This document shows, one piece after another, positions 42,395-53,253 of a stretch of DNA of 64,000 nt. The translations under genes and the position numbers were made by a program. This DNA comes from an uncultured Candidatus Saccharibacteria bacterium (lineage in GTDB: Bacteria > Patescibacteriota > Minisyncoccia > Phycocordibacterales > JACOZG01), in assembly GCA_964591715.1 (NCBI GenBank), contig CAZQDR010000001.1, positions 1,487 through 65,486 on the forward strand, written 5' to 3'. The first letter of the stretch is position 1; each line of letters begins with the position of its first letter. Under the pieces are notes generated by a model, which ran no database searches, was not told where the DNA came from, and worked only from the letters and a program-made list of their open reading frames with translations.

Positions 42395-43303
42395 TTACTC
42401 CATTTCGCGTAAAATTTTAATCCGCTCGTCGATCGGCGGGTGGGTCATAAATAAAGTGGCCAAACCTTTTCGAGCCTGCTCACCAAACGGACTCTCAATA
42501 AAGAGATGGGCGGTGGCATTGTTAGCCCGGATCATGGGCGCGGCTGAATTTTTAATTTTCTCTAGCGCCGACGCTAGTCCCGCCGGATAGCGAGTCAACA
42601 GCGCACCGGAGGCGTCGGCCAAGTATTCGCGGCGGCGCGAGATGGCTAGCTGAATGAGCGTGGCCACCACCGGCGAGAGAATGGCCAGTACAATGCCCAC
42701 CACCATCAAGATCGTGCCTGACTGCGCAGGCAGGCCGCCGCGGCTGTCGTTGTCGCGCGATCCCCCGCTCCAACGCGTTCGCAAAAAAATATTGGAGAGA
42801 ATCGAGATAAAACCCACGAGCACGACCACCATACTGGAGAGCAAAATATCGCGATTACCAACATGAGCTAACTCATGGGCAATCACTCCCTCCAGCTCCG
42901 TCTTGTCCAAAATTTGGAGCAGGCCGGTGGTGACCGCTACCACGGCGTGCTCTTTATTGCGGCCGGTCGCGAAGGCGTTCGGCGCCGGGTCAGGAATAAT
43001 GTAAATCTTAGGCATGGGCAAACCGGCGGTGATGGCCAAATTCTCGGTAACCGTGTAGAGATCGAAGAACTCCTCGCGCGTGGCTGGCCGCGCGCCGTTA
43101 ATCGTTAAGGCAATTTTGTCTGAATACCAATAGCTCACAAAGTTCATCACGACGCTAAAAATGACCGCCGCATACAAAATCACTTGGTTGTTATAGAGAT
43201 AACTAAAAAGCCAGCCAATCCCGATCACCACCGACAAAAACCCGGCCACCAGGATCCAGGTTTTTGCCACATTACTATCTTGCTGATTGTAAAGCGTTGC
43301 CAT
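42395..43303 (-). CDS. htpX: zinc metalloprotease HtpX (M48 family)
   Basis: HELAHVGNRD zinc motif; TM helices; C-terminal ...FMTHPPIDERIKIL. Confidence 0.85.
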   Translation of the reverse strand: MATLYNQQDSNVAKTWILVAGFLSVVIGIGWLFSYLYNNQVILYAAVIFSVVMNFVSYWYSDKIALTINGARPATREEFFDLYTVTENLAITAGLPMPKIYIIPDPAPNAFATGRNKEHAVVAVTTGLLQILDKTELEGVIAHELAHVGNRDILLSSMVVVLVGFISILSNIFLRTRWSGGSRDNDSRGGLPAQSGTILMVVGIVLAILSPVVATLIQLAISRRREYLADASGALLTRYPAGLASALEKIKNSAAPMIRANNATAHLFIESPFGEQARKGLATLFMTHPPIDERIKILREME

Positions 43304-43344
43304 ACTTATAGTTTAGTTAGCTTCTATGAAAAGGCAATGACGGT

Positions 43345-45345
43345 TTAGCTGGCGCCCCCTCCACCACCACCACCCCCCCCCCCCGCTCCGCCGCCACCGC
43401 CAGAGGCACCACCACCACTCGAGGAAGCAAAAGCAGAGGTAAAACTTTTGGCAAAGGACGAGGAGAACGCCGAGGCCGAGAAGCTCCCCGCCGCTAACCC
43501 CGTGCTCATTGCTGAGGCGGAACCAACCGAGCCACCATACCACTCCGGCGGCATCATAGTCATTCCCTCGAACGCTTTGGCCCACTTTCTCTCAATTCCA
43601 AAAATAATGGCATAGGGTAAATACTTCTCGAAGAGGTCTGGGGTTAGATTTTGCAATCGATAACGTTCAGCCGTTTTGAGATACAAAACAAAACCCAACC
43701 AATCTTGTTTTAATTTGATCCCTCTGTCATTTAGCCTCGCTTCGCGTCGCATGACCAGAACCCAGAGGCAACTAAAAGCTAAGCTGATGATTAAAATAAA
43801 GAGGTCAAAGCGCCACTGGAGCACGCCCCACCAAACGCCGCCAAAGAAGCCCGTGGTCCAAAAAGCCATAAATATCAATACAAAATAAATTGCCGATGGA
43901 ATTTCCTTACTAACTTTTACGGTGTAGGCGTTGGTGTCTTGCTCTGTTTCCTCAACTAATTTTTTTTGTAGCTCCAACATCTTTTTTGATAGACTAGATT
44001 CTTCGCCACTGTAATTACCTTGTCTAGCTCGCTCGGTGAGTCTTTCTGTGGTTACCGACTTATTGCCATCAAAGATAATTTCGATAAACTTTTTTTCGTA
44101 ATCTTCCAAAGCGACATCGTTAATCTCCTCGATTAAATCTAACTTGTAATTTTGAGTTACAAATGGGTTTTCCTTATTTGTAAAGATCGACAATAATTTC
44201 TTAATAATCAGCACCGCCATCACCAAAGGAACAAGAAAAAATAGTAAGACCCAAGCTGAACCTTTAAAAACGCCATACAGAGCAACGCCAGCTAAGAGGG
44301 TAAAAGAACCTATCGGCACTAGAGTAAATATAATAAATACTATTGGCAGTATGATTAGCAGTGGTTGATTCCACTTATCGGGATTCTTGACTTCACTGAT
44401 CGTTAAATAACCGCGGACCGCCAAATCTACAACTGTAGCCGCCCAGGCCTTGGACGTAATCCCCTCCTTCACAATCAGCTCCGCCATCGCCGGCTTTAGA
44501 CTCTCGGGTGGACTATATTCCGCCACTATGGTGCGACGGCGTTCTGGGCGCTTCTCCAACCACCACCAACGAGCAAAGCTGTAAATTACCGTCGCAAGAG
44601 CGATTAAAATAGCTAGGAAGTACAAAATATTAGAAGCAAACCACTGCCGCCAAAAAGCCGCCCGATCAATTAAGCCCAGCGGCCAACCAGCGGCAATAGT
44701 TAATTTTTCCTCAGCTGGCAAATTTTCAGCCGTAAAGAAAAACGTTTTATTGTTCTCAATTACCGTCGTTGCCATAGCAACCGGTTCGCCATAACCCGCA
44801 GCTTGCAGTTGTTCCGCGCTAAAGTTATTCTCGGGTAAAGTCACTCTCACTTCCACCCGTTGGATGGGAACGTCATAACTCGTAAACAAATTCCAATAGA
44901 TTTCGTCTTTGTCCCTCAAAAAACTCAAACCACCATGAACTTTATATTTTAAAGTCCAAGTGTGAGCTTGATTGGTGGTATTGTAATACCACTCGATAAT
45001 TTGGCTTCCGTTTTGGCGATAAGTGGTGTACTTGCCCCAGCTTGCGGGGTTAGTTTTATCTAGCTTTCGAGACGAATAGACTAAAGTCTGACCAGAGATT
45101 TCATCAACAACCTCGAAGTCACTGATTCGACTAATTTTATTTAACGGAATATTGCGCCAACCTTGATGATACTCACCATTAAATATGTATGTCTGCTGTT
45201 CGGCTACGTCAAAGGTTGAATCCTGGTTGACCGAAATATCATACTTAATTGAGTCGTAATAATAACTCCGCTCTTGGGCGTAACTACAGAGGGCCGGTGC
45301 TATTAATAGACCGAGCCAGAGAACAAATAGTAATCGTTTAGACAT
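43345..45345 (-). CDS. DUF2207 domain membrane protein with Gly-rich C-terminal tail
   Basis: 666 aa; signal peptide, N-terminal extracytoplasmic DUF2207-like domain, multiple TM helices, C-terminal SSGGGASGGGGGAGGGGGGGGGGAS encoded by G/C homopolymers. Confidence 0.65.
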   Translation of the reverse strand: MSKRLLFVLWLGLLIAPALCSYAQERSYYYDSIKYDISVNQDSTFDVAEQQTYIFNGEYHQGWRNIPLNKISRISDFEVVDEISGQTLVYSSRKLDKTNPASWGKYTTYRQNGSQIIEWYYNTTNQAHTWTLKYKVHGGLSFLRDKDEIYWNLFTSYDVPIQRVEVRVTLPENNFSAEQLQAAGYGEPVAMATTVIENNKTFFFTAENLPAEEKLTIAAGWPLGLIDRAAFWRQWFASNILYFLAILIALATVIYSFARWWWLEKRPERRRTIVAEYSPPESLKPAMAELIVKEGITSKAWAATVVDLAVRGYLTISEVKNPDKWNQPLLIILPIVFIIFTLVPIGSFTLLAGVALYGVFKGSAWVLLFFLVPLVMAVLIIKKLLSIFTNKENPFVTQNYKLDLIEEINDVALEDYEKKFIEIIFDGNKSVTTERLTERARQGNYSGEESSLSKKMLELQKKLVEETEQDTNAYTVKVSKEIPSAIYFVLIFMAFWTTGFFGGVWWGVLQWRFDLFILIISLAFSCLWVLVMRREARLNDRGIKLKQDWLGFVLYLKTAERYRLQNLTPDLFEKYLPYAIIFGIERKWAKAFEGMTMMPPEWYGGSVGSASAMSTGLAAGSFSASAFSSSFAKSFTSAFASSSGGGASGGGGGAGGGGGGGGGGAS

Positions 45346-45897
45346 TTAGAACTTAACCTCGACTGGCTGGCGAGCAGCCTCATCACCCTCTAGGTCAAAG
45401 AAGTCGCGCTTGGCGAAGTGGAACATGTTGGCAATCAAATTAGAGGGAAAGGAATCGACGCTAACATTTAAGTCCCGAACGTTGCCATTGTAAAAACGGC
45501 GCGCCGCTTGGATTTTATTTTCCGTATCACTTAACTCGTTCTGCAAGGCCAAAAAGTTTTGGTTAGCCTTAAGATCTGGATAAGCCTCGGCGATCGCGAA
45601 GACACTTTTAAGGGCGCCGGTGAGCAGGTTCTCGGCTTGGCCTTTCTCGGCTGGTGTGCCGGCCGACATGGCTTGGGATCGCGCCTTAGTCACATTCTCA
45701 AAAGCGCTCGACTCGTGAGTGGCATAACCCTTAACCGTGTTAACTAAGTTAGGGATTAAGTCGTAGCGACGCTTGAGCTGAACATCAATATCGGACCACG
45801 CCTCGCTGGTACGCGTATTTAACTTAACGAAATGATTGTAAGCACCGGCAAACCAGAGCACGGCAATAACAATGATTGCCAAAGGTATGTAGATCAT
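45346..45897 (-). CDS. LemA family protein
   Basis: N-terminal TM helix plus ...RRYDLIPNLVNTVKGYATHE... LemA signature. Confidence 0.8.
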   Translation of the reverse strand: MIYIPLAIIVIAVLWFAGAYNHFVKLNTRTSEAWSDIDVQLKRRYDLIPNLVNTVKGYATHESSAFENVTKARSQAMSAGTPAEKGQAENLLTGALKSVFAIAEAYPDLKANQNFLALQNELSDTENKIQAARRFYNGNVRDLNVSVDSFPSNLIANMFHFAKRDFFDLEGDEAARQPVEVKF

Positions 45898-45935
45898 CCT
45901 CTGATTTTAACACAAATATCCCGCAAAGCAAGGTG

Positions 45936-46808
45936 CTACCAGCGGCCGCTGGCGCCACCGCCGCCAGATGAGCCGCCACTGAAGCCCCCAAAACCGCCTC
46001 CCCCACCGCTGCCACCAAATCCACCACCGCCCGCCCACCACGGCGGTTTAACGCCAGCGCTTTTGCTTGCCCGATAAGTTTTAGAAATGATGTAGTCAAA
46101 CATTAAACCAAAAAGGGCGAGACCAATAATCCAAAACAGATTAGCTGACCACCACGCCCAAATGGCGCTGCCAGCCAGCGCTCCTACCACGCCACCCGCC
46201 CACCATGACTTTGAGCGCGCCATGGCACTGACCAACCACATCACGCCGATCAGAATAAAAATAAGGAGTTGCGGATTAAAAAGTCGCCCTAGGTTTGAAG
46301 AACTTTCGCTCGGCGACAGCCCGAGATCTTCGCCACTTAAGGCGGCCATAATCGCGTTTACTCCCGAGACAATGCCGGAATCAAAATCCCCGTCTTTAAA
46401 AGCCGGGGTAATGATCCGTTCAATAATTTGTTTGCTCTGCGCATCGGTTAGCACTGGCTCCAAGCCGTAACCGACTTCAATCCGCAGTTCGCGATCATCC
46501 TTGGCAATCAGTAGCAACACGCCGTTGTCGGTGCCCTTTTTACCGATCCCCCATTCCTGGAATAATTCGTTGGCAAAATTTTCTACCGTATCGCCGCCGA
46601 GCGAGGTGACGGTGACGACGGCAATCTCGTTGGTGGTGGAGGCGGTGTAAGCCGCAAGTGTGGACTCGAGATTAGTGCGCTCGGCGGCGCCAAGCATGCC
46701 CGCATAGTCATTAACATAACCGCTTGGTTGACCTGGACTTTGATAAGCCCCGGCAAAAAGCGGCAGCACAGAGAGTCCCGCCACTAAGCACAGCCAAAGC
46801 TTTTTCAT
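45936..46808 (-). CDS. TPM (YgcG-like) domain protein with C-terminal TM and Gly-rich tail
   Basis: Signal peptide; ...GYVNDYAGMLGAAERTNLESTLAAY...EIAVVTVTSLGG... TPM consensus; TM helix; GGGGFGGSGGGGGFGGFSGG tail. Confidence 0.7.
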   Translation of the reverse strand: MKKLWLCLVAGLSVLPLFAGAYQSPGQPSGYVNDYAGMLGAAERTNLESTLAAYTASTTNEIAVVTVTSLGGDTVENFANELFQEWGIGKKGTDNGVLLLIAKDDRELRIEVGYGLEPVLTDAQSKQIIERIITPAFKDGDFDSGIVSGVNAIMAALSGEDLGLSPSESSSNLGRLFNPQLLIFILIGVMWLVSAMARSKSWWAGGVVGALAGSAIWAWWSANLFWIIGLALFGLMFDYIISKTYRASKSAGVKPPWWAGGGGFGGSGGGGGFGGFSGGSSGGGGASGRW

Positions 46809-47362
46809 TAAAACTGAACCTGGGGAGCGACCTCGCTGCCAGCGGCGGCGTTAAAGTAAGCGCGCTCGCTAAAGCCCGCTAGACTAGCCACGATACTGCC
46901 AGGAAAGCGCTTGACCACAACGTTGTAACTTTGGACGTCGTCATTAAAGCGCTTGCGCTCAACACTGACACGGTTCTCGGTGCCCTCAATTTGCGCCATC
47001 AAAGTTTGCACCACTTCCGAGGATTTGAGTTCCGGATAATTTTCGATCACGGCTAGTAAGCGACCCAAACCAGCTTCCACTTGAGTGGCGGCGGCGGCCT
47101 TGTCGTTAACCGTGGTAGCGCCAGCATAGCGAGTGCGGGCCTCGGCTAAAGCCGTAAACACGGCTTGCTCCTGCTGCATCACCCCCTTGGCCGACTCGAC
47201 CAAATTAGGAATCAAATCAAAGCGGCGCTGATATTGCACCTCAACCTGTGACCACTGCCCGTCGATCATCTCGCTCTTCGTTACCAAACCGTTATAAGCC
47301 GTCCAAAAATATCCGCCCACCAAAACCAATAAAATAACAATAATTAATAGTGCTTTTTTCAT
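46808..47362 (-). CDS. LemA family protein (second paralogue)
   Basis: ...QRRFDLIPNLVESAKGVMQQEQ... LemA signature; ~35% identity to 45346-45897 by eye. Confidence 0.8.
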   Translation of the reverse strand: MKKALLIIVILLVLVGGYFWTAYNGLVTKSEMIDGQWSQVEVQYQRRFDLIPNLVESAKGVMQQEQAVFTALAEARTRYAGATTVNDKAAAATQVEAGLGRLLAVIENYPELKSSEVVQTLMAQIEGTENRVSVERKRFNDDVQSYNVVVKRFPGSIVASLAGFSERAYFNAAAGSEVAPQVQF

Positions 47363-47398
47363 AGCTAAAATTTTATCACGCTTAATCCTTTCAGCCCA

Positions 47399-49057
47399 CT
47401 AGTACTCCATGCCGCCCATGCCACCCGGCATCCCGCCACCCATCGGTGGCTTCTCCTCTTTTGGTTCCTCGGTCACGGCCACTTCGGTCGTTAAGAGAAT
47501 CGCGGCCGCGGAGGCAGCGCGCTCAATACCCGTACGTGTTACTTTAACTGGATCAATAATCCCAACCGCAAACATGTCCTCCACAATTTTGTCGGCATTG
47601 GCATCATAACCTTCGTTACCCTTGCTGTTGCGGACACGGTCCACGATTACTTCGCCGTCATCTTTACCGGCATTAACGGCAATCTGACGGAGCGGCGCGT
47701 CGAGCGACTTAAGCAAAACGCGAACACCCACTTGGAATTCTTCGCCAATATCAGCGGAGGGTGGCTTGATCGTTTTAGCGGCCACTTTAGCGCCAGCCCG
47801 AACGAGCGCCGTACCACCACCTGAGACAATTCCCTCCTCAATCGCGGCCTTCGTGGCCTCGACCGCGTCTTCGACTTTCAATTTTAAATATTTCATTTCC
47901 GCTTCGGTTGAGGCGCCAACTTTAATGACCGCCACCCCGCCGGCGAGCTTGCCCAAGCGCTCCTTTAATTTGTCTTTATCATAGGACGAGTCAGCCCGCT
48001 CGATTTGCGCCTTAATTTGCGCCACCCGCTCCTCGATCTCGGACTTCTTACCAGCGCCGCCGATAATCGTCGTGTTGTCCTTGGTGGCCACAATACGGCG
48101 CGCCCGACCCAACATCTTAACATCGGCGCTTTCGAGTTTAATGCCAACTTCTTCGGAAATAACTTTACCGCCAGTAAGCGTTGCAATATCCTGCAACATC
48201 TCTTTGCGACGATCGCCGAAGCCCGGCGCCTTAATCGCCAGCGTGTTAAAGGTGCCGCGCAATTTATTGAGCACGAGCGTCGTTAACGCCTCGCCCTCCA
48301 CATCCTCGGCAATGATCACCAAATCCTTTTTACCGCTTTGTGCGAGCTTCTCGAGTAACGGCAAGATCTCTTTAATTGAAGAAATCTTTTTGTCAGTAAT
48401 CAAAATCAGCGGATCCTGATACTCGGCCTCCATCCGCTCGCTGTCGGTCACCATGTAGGCGGAGGAGTAACCCTTATCAAATTGCATTCCTTCCACCAAG
48501 TCCGTCTCCACCCCAAACGACTGCGACTCCTCAACAGTCACCACGCCGTCCTTGCCTACTTTATCAATCGCGTCGGCAATGATCGCGCCAAATTCGGCCG
48601 ACTCGGCAGAGATGGTAGCAATCTGCTTGATCTCCTCCTTCGACTTAATCGGCTTGGCCATCCCCTTGAGCGCCGCCACCACCTCGCGCGCGGCGGCCTC
48701 AATACCCAACTTAACGCCCATGGCATTAACACCGAGCGTCGTCTTTTTAAAACCTTCCTGAATAATGGCCTGCGTCAAAATCACCGCCGTGGTTGTACCG
48801 TCACCCGCAATATCGTTGGTCTTGGAGGCAACATCCTTAATAATCTCGGCGCCCATGTTCTCTACCTTATCCTTAAGCGAAATGTCTTTAGCAATAGAAA
48901 CGCCGTCATTAGTAATCGTCGGCGTGCCGTAGCCCTTATCTAAAATCACGTTGCGGCCCTTCGGACCGATCGTAATGCGGACAGCGTCGGCCACCTGGTC
49001 AATGCCCCGCTTTAACGCCTGTCGCGCCTGGTCGCCAAAAATAATTTGTTTTGCCAT
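47399..49057 (-). CDS. groL: chaperonin GroEL
   Basis: 552 aa; [14 protein letters not shown]-terminus; GDGTTTA; C-terminal GGM repeats. Confidence 0.95.
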   Translation of the reverse strand: MAKQIIFGDQARQALKRGIDQVADAVRITIGPKGRNVILDKGYGTPTITNDGVSIAKDISLKDKVENMGAEIIKDVASKTNDIAGDGTTTAVILTQAIIQEGFKKTTLGVNAMGVKLGIEAAAREVVAALKGMAKPIKSKEEIKQIATISAESAEFGAIIADAIDKVGKDGVVTVEESQSFGVETDLVEGMQFDKGYSSAYMVTDSERMEAEYQDPLILITDKKISSIKEILPLLEKLAQSGKKDLVIIAEDVEGEALTTLVLNKLRGTFNTLAIKAPGFGDRRKEMLQDIATLTGGKVISEEVGIKLESADVKMLGRARRIVATKDNTTIIGGAGKKSEIEERVAQIKAQIERADSSYDKDKLKERLGKLAGGVAVIKVGASTEAEMKYLKLKVEDAVEATKAAIEEGIVSGGGTALVRAGAKVAAKTIKPPSADIGEEFQVGVRVLLKSLDAPLRQIAVNAGKDDGEVIVDRVRNSKGNEGYDANADKIVEDMFAVGIIDPVKVTRTGIERAASAAAILLTTEVAVTEEPKEEKPPMGGGMPGGMGGMEY

Positions 49058-49059
49058 AG

Positions 49060-49365
49060 TTATTCGATTACTGCCAAAATATTATTTTCGCTGATAATGA
49101 AATATTCCTTACCGTCGATCTTAACCTCATCCGGTCCGTATTTAGAGAAAATAACCTGGTCGCCCTTCTTAACCGCTACCGGGATAACTTTGCCTGCATC
49201 GGTGAGACGGCCGGGTCCGACCGCAATCACCGTGCCCTGCTCGCCGCGCTCTTTCGAAACGGTGTCCGGAATAATGATTCCGCTCGCGCTCTTCTTCTCG
49301 TTTGGCGCCAAGAGCTGCACCACCACTCGGTCACCTAACGGCTTAATAGACACTTTGTTTGCCAT
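49060..49365 (-). CDS. groS: co-chaperonin GroES
   Basis: 101 aa; [17 protein letters not shown]...; mobile loop; 2 nt from groL. Confidence 0.95.
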   Translation of the reverse strand: MANKVSIKPLGDRVVVQLLAPNEKKSASGIIIPDTVSKERGEQGTVIAVGPGRLTDAGKVIPVAVKKGDQVIFSKYGPDEVKIDGKEYFIISENNILAVIE

Positions 49366-49437
49366 AGTGTTGCGTTAATAGATTATTTTGCTAATGCGGC
49401 CATAATTATAGACTAATTTACCACCCAGTCAACACGC

Positions 49438-49465
49438 TTGCCTTATTTTTGAGACCTGCTATACT
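49438..49465 (+). promoter_or_regulatory. sigma70-type promoter TTGCCT-16-TATACT, 11 nt upstream of secG ATG
   Basis: 49438-49443 and 49460-49465; no SD. Confidence 0.45.
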
Positions 49466-49476
49466 ACTCGGCAAGA

Positions 49477-49710
49477 ATGCAATTACTCGTTACGATTATT
49501 CCCTGGCTCCAGATTATTTTTGCTGTCCTGATGGCTGCCGGCATATTGTTGCAACAAAGCGAGGAGGGCTTAGGTGCCGCCTTCGGCGGTGCTTCTGGCG
49601 GTGGCAGTTGGCGAGCCAAACGTGGTCTCGAAAAACAACTTTTCATCGGTACTATCATATTTGCTATTCTTTTCATCATTACCAATATCGTTAATCTTTT
49701 CGTTAACTAA
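49477..49710 (+). CDS. secG: preprotein translocase subunit SecG
   Basis: 77 aa, two TM helices flanking GAAFGGASGGGS... Gly-rich loop, typical SecG. Confidence 0.75.
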   Translation: MQLLVTIIPWLQIIFAVLMAAGILLQQSEEGLGAAFGGASGGGSWRAKRGLEKQLFIGTIIFAILFIITNIVNLFVN

Positions 49711-49725
49711 CTCTGTCTCATTTTT

Positions 49726-51462
49726 GTGGCTGGCCTACCTTCCACACACGAAGTCGCTCTGACTTTACGATCGCTCTCGCTTAAGCAGCGCCGGATTCTC
49801 CTGGCACTTGGTCTTTTGCTGATCGGACTACTCGTTGCCATTTTGTGGCAAGTTGATCAGCGCGCGTCCGATCTGGTGGCCACCAATGGTGGCTCTTTAA
49901 CTGAGGGCATTATTGGCACGCCGCGCTTTATTAATCCGCTCTTGGCCGCCTCGGACGCTGACCGCGATATGGTGGCTCTCGTTTACTCTGGCCTGATGCG
50001 CGTGGGTCCGGATGGTCAGCTCATCCCCGATCTCGCTGCTGACTACGGCGTCTCGGAGGATCAACTGACTTACACCTTTACCCTACGCCAGGACTTAAGC
50101 TGGCACGACGGCAAGCCGCTCACCACCGACGACGTGGAATTTACCGTGCTGAAGGCGCAAGACCCGCTATTAAAAAGTCCTAAGCGCGCCAGCTGGGCCG
50201 AGATTCGGGTGGAGAAAGTTAGTCCCACCGAAATTAGCTTCCACTTAAAACAGCCCTACCCTCAATTTTTAGAGAACACGACGATGGGCATTTTGCCCAA
50301 GCATTTGTGGAACAAGCTCGACACCGACACCTTCTCGCTCAATCAATTTAATATCGAACCAGTCGGCTCCGGTCCTTACGAGATCAAGTCAATCAGTAAA
50401 AATAATATTGGCATTGCCGATTATTATGATTTGAAGCCGTTTAAAAATTTTGCCTTAGGCCGACCCAAAATTGATCTCGTCCGCGTGCGCTTTTACGGTA
50501 ACGAGGCCGAGCTAGCCGAGGCCTACCAGGTCCGTGAGATAGATAGCTTGAGCGCCATCTCCGCTGAGAGCGCCAAGATGCTCGCCGAAGCCGGCGCCCA
50601 AATCTTGCGCGCGCCGCTCCCTCGCGTCTTCGGCGTCTTTTTCAATCAAAACAAGGCTCCTGTGCTCGCCAATGCCGAGGTTCGTTACGCCCTCAACCTC
50701 GCCGTTGACCGCGAGGAGATTATCGACACCGTGCTTAAGGGTTATGGCGTCCCGGCCGAGGGGCCGCTCCCCCGTCTGTTTTTGAGTGAGGCGGGCGACG
50801 TTTCGACGACTACGGCAGCCGACCGCATTGCCGCAGCACGCACCTATCTCGACAGTCACGGCTGGGACTGGAGCGAGGAAAAGAAAGTTTGGGAGAAGAA
50901 GGGTAAGACCAACACTCAAACTCTCGCTTTCTCGATTACCACCTCGGACACTCCCGAACTTAAAAATTCGGCCGAGCTAATTAAGGCCACTTGGGAGAAG
51001 CTGGGCGCCCAAGTAACGCTCAAGGTGTTTGAGATTGGCGATCTTGATCTAAACATCATTCGGCCGCGACAATATGAGGCATTGTTCTTCGGGGAGATCT
51101 TGGGCCGGACGCCTGACCTGTTCTCGTTCTGGAATTCCCAGCAACGGCTTGATCCAGGTTTAAATATCGCCGAGTATGCCAATACCGCGGTAGATAAGTT
51201 ACTAACCGAGGTCCGCACCTTGGCCGACCAAGACGAACTGTCGGCTGATTATCAAAAGATTCAAGATTTAATTACTGCCGATATTCCCGCTGTCTTTGTT
51301 TATTCTCCAGATTTCCTGTATATTCTACCTTCACAAGTTAAACGAGTGACCTTGCCGCCAATCAATACGCCGTCTGACCGCTTTCTCTCGATTTATCACT
51401 GGTACAGTGCCACCGATCGCGTCTGGAAAATTTTTATCAACAATACCAATAGTACCCATTAA
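49726..51462 (+). CDS. ABC transporter substrate-binding protein, family 5 (Opp/Dpp-like), with N-terminal TM anchor
   Basis: 578 aa; TM anchor LLALGLLLIGLLVAIL; SBP_bac_5-like core; no adjacent permease or ATPase genes. Confidence 0.75.
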   Translation: MAGLPSTHEVALTLRSLSLKQRRILLALGLLLIGLLVAILWQVDQRASDLVATNGGSLTEGIIGTPRFINPLLAASDADRDMVALVYSGLMRVGPDGQLIPDLAADYGVSEDQLTYTFTLRQDLSWHDGKPLTTDDVEFTVLKAQDPLLKSPKRASWAEIRVEKVSPTEISFHLKQPYPQFLENTTMGILPKHLWNKLDTDTFSLNQFNIEPVGSGPYEIKSISKNNIGIADYYDLKPFKNFALGRPKIDLVRVRFYGNEAELAEAYQVREIDSLSAISAESAKMLAEAGAQILRAPLPRVFGVFFNQNKAPVLANAEVRYALNLAVDREEIIDTVLKGYGVPAEGPLPRLFLSEAGDVSTTTAADRIAAARTYLDSHGWDWSEEKKVWEKKGKTNTQTLAFSITTSDTPELKNSAELIKATWEKLGAQVTLKVFEIGDLDLNIIRPRQYEALFFGEILGRTPDLFSFWNSQQRLDPGLNIAEYANTAVDKLLTEVRTLADQDELSADYQKIQDLITADIPAVFVYSPDFLYILPSQVKRVTLPPINTPSDRFLSIYHWYSATDRVWKIFINNTNSTH

Positions 51463-51471
51463 CCATTTATT

Positions 51472-53253
51472 ATGAATACGACCAAACACCGAGACCGCAA
51501 CGACCGACGGCCCCACCAGGGCTTGCGCCAAAACAGCAACAGTTCCAACCGACCGATCCCCAAACTCGAGGCGGGTAATATCCGCATTATCCCTTTTGGT
51601 GGCGTGGAGGAAATTGGTAAGAACATGACCGCCATCGAGATTGGCAATGACATTATTGTTATCGATATCGGTTTAGCCTTCCCCACTGAGGAGACTCCGG
51701 GTGTTGACTACATCATCCCCGACGCCACCTATCTTGAACAAAATAAGGATCGCGTCCGCGGCGTTATTATTACCCACGGCCACCTCGACCACACCGGCGG
51801 TATTCCTTATATTATGAGTCGTATGGGCAACCCGCCCCTCTACACTCGAAATCTCACCTCGCTCTTTATTAAGAAGCGCATGGACGAGTTTCCTCATCTG
51901 CCACCGCTAAACATGGTCGTGGTTGAGAACGAAAGCCGGATCAAACTCGGCGAACAAACTGTCCGCTTCTTCGGCGTCACTCACACTATCCCCGACTCCT
52001 TCGGCGTGATGATTGAAACACCTTACGGTTTAATTGTTAATCCTGGTGATTACAAACTCGATTTGGATGGCGTCGATGGCAAACCAACCGAGGATGAGGA
52101 GAAGCGCTACAGCATCTTTGATAACGAGAAGACGCTCTTACTGATGGCCGACTCAACCAACATTGAGAATCCAGGCTTCTCGGTTCCTGAGCGCGAGACC
52201 CACAAAAACCTCGAGGAGATTATTAAAAATGTTAAGGGCCGCCTCTTTATTGGTACCTTTGCCTCCCAGCTGGAGCGCATGATAAAAATCATCGGCATCG
52301 TCGAGAAGTATGGCCGCAAGTTGGTAATCGAAGGCCGTAGCATGAAAACGAACGTCGAAGTGGCTCAACTTGCCGGCTTGCTCACAGTCAAAAAAGGCAC
52401 CATCATTTCGGGTCAGGAGATCGACAGCTTCCCTGAAGATAAGATTGTCGTCCTAGCCACTGGCGCTCAAGGTGAGGAATTTGCCGCCTTAATGCGCATG
52501 GCCACCAAGACACACAAGTATATGAAGTTCAAGAAGGGCGACACTGTCCTGCTCTCCTCCTCTATTATCCCGGGTAATGAAATCACGGTTCAAAAATTGA
52601 AGGATAACATCGCCCGCCAAGGTGCCAAGATTATTAGTTACCGCACCTCGGAGGTTTACATTCACTCCTCTGGTCACGGCAACCGCGGCGAGATTGAGTG
52701 GCTCCACCGAAAAATTAAACCCAAGTTCTTTATGCCAATCCACGGTTCGCATCACAAGCTGCGCCAGCACGAAGAGTTGGCTCTCGAGCTCGGTATGCCG
52801 GAGAAAAATATCGTCGTCCCCGACAACGGCATGATTGTCGAGATTCAAGACAAAGGCAAAAAGATTATCTCGCTCAAGGAGACCGCCTCCAGCAAGGTGG
52901 TCATGGTTGATGGCACCGGCAACTCCGATATTAAAGAAGTGGTTATCCGCGACCGGCAAATGCTGGCTCAAGATGGCATGTTCGTAATTATTGCCATCAT
53001 TGATATTAAAACCGGCAAAGTCCGCAAGTCACCCGACATTATCTCGCGCGGCTTTATTTATCTTAAGGAATCTCAAGATCTCTTGCGCAACGTTCGCATG
53101 CTGACCAAAAAGAAGATCGAAGAGTCCACCGCTCAAATGCATCCCATCAACTTTGACTACGTTAAGAACGTTGTTCGTGACGAAGTTGGCAAGTACCTCT
53201 TCCAAAAGACCCACAACCGCCCGATTATCCTCCCCGTCTTGATTGAGGTATAA
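51472..53253 (+). CDS. rnj: ribonuclease J (metallo-beta-lactamase/beta-CASP)
   Basis: HGHLDHTG motif; ...IIPFGGVEEIGKNMTAIE... N-terminus; beta-CASP and C-terminal domain. Confidence 0.85.
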   Translation: MNTTKHRDRNDRRPHQGLRQNSNSSNRPIPKLEAGNIRIIPFGGVEEIGKNMTAIEIGNDIIVIDIGLAFPTEETPGVDYIIPDATYLEQNKDRVRGVIITHGHLDHTGGIPYIMSRMGNPPLYTRNLTSLFIKKRMDEFPHLPPLNMVVVENESRIKLGEQTVRFFGVTHTIPDSFGVMIETPYGLIVNPGDYKLDLDGVDGKPTEDEEKRYSIFDNEKTLLLMADSTNIENPGFSVPERETHKNLEEIIKNVKGRLFIGTFASQLERMIKIIGIVEKYGRKLVIEGRSMKTNVEVAQLAGLLTVKKGTIISGQEIDSFPEDKIVVLATGAQGEEFAALMRMATKTHKYMKFKKGDTVLLSSSIIPGNEITVQKLKDNIARQGAKIISYRTSEVYIHSSGHGNRGEIEWLHRKIKPKFFMPIHGSHHKLRQHEELALELGMPEKNIVVPDNGMIVEIQDKGKKIISLKETASSKVVMVDGTGNSDIKEVVIRDRQMLAQDGMFVIIAIIDIKTGKVRKSPDIISRGFIYLKESQDLLRNVRMLTKKKIEESTAQMHPINFDYVKNVVRDEVGKYLFQKTHNRPIILPVLIEV

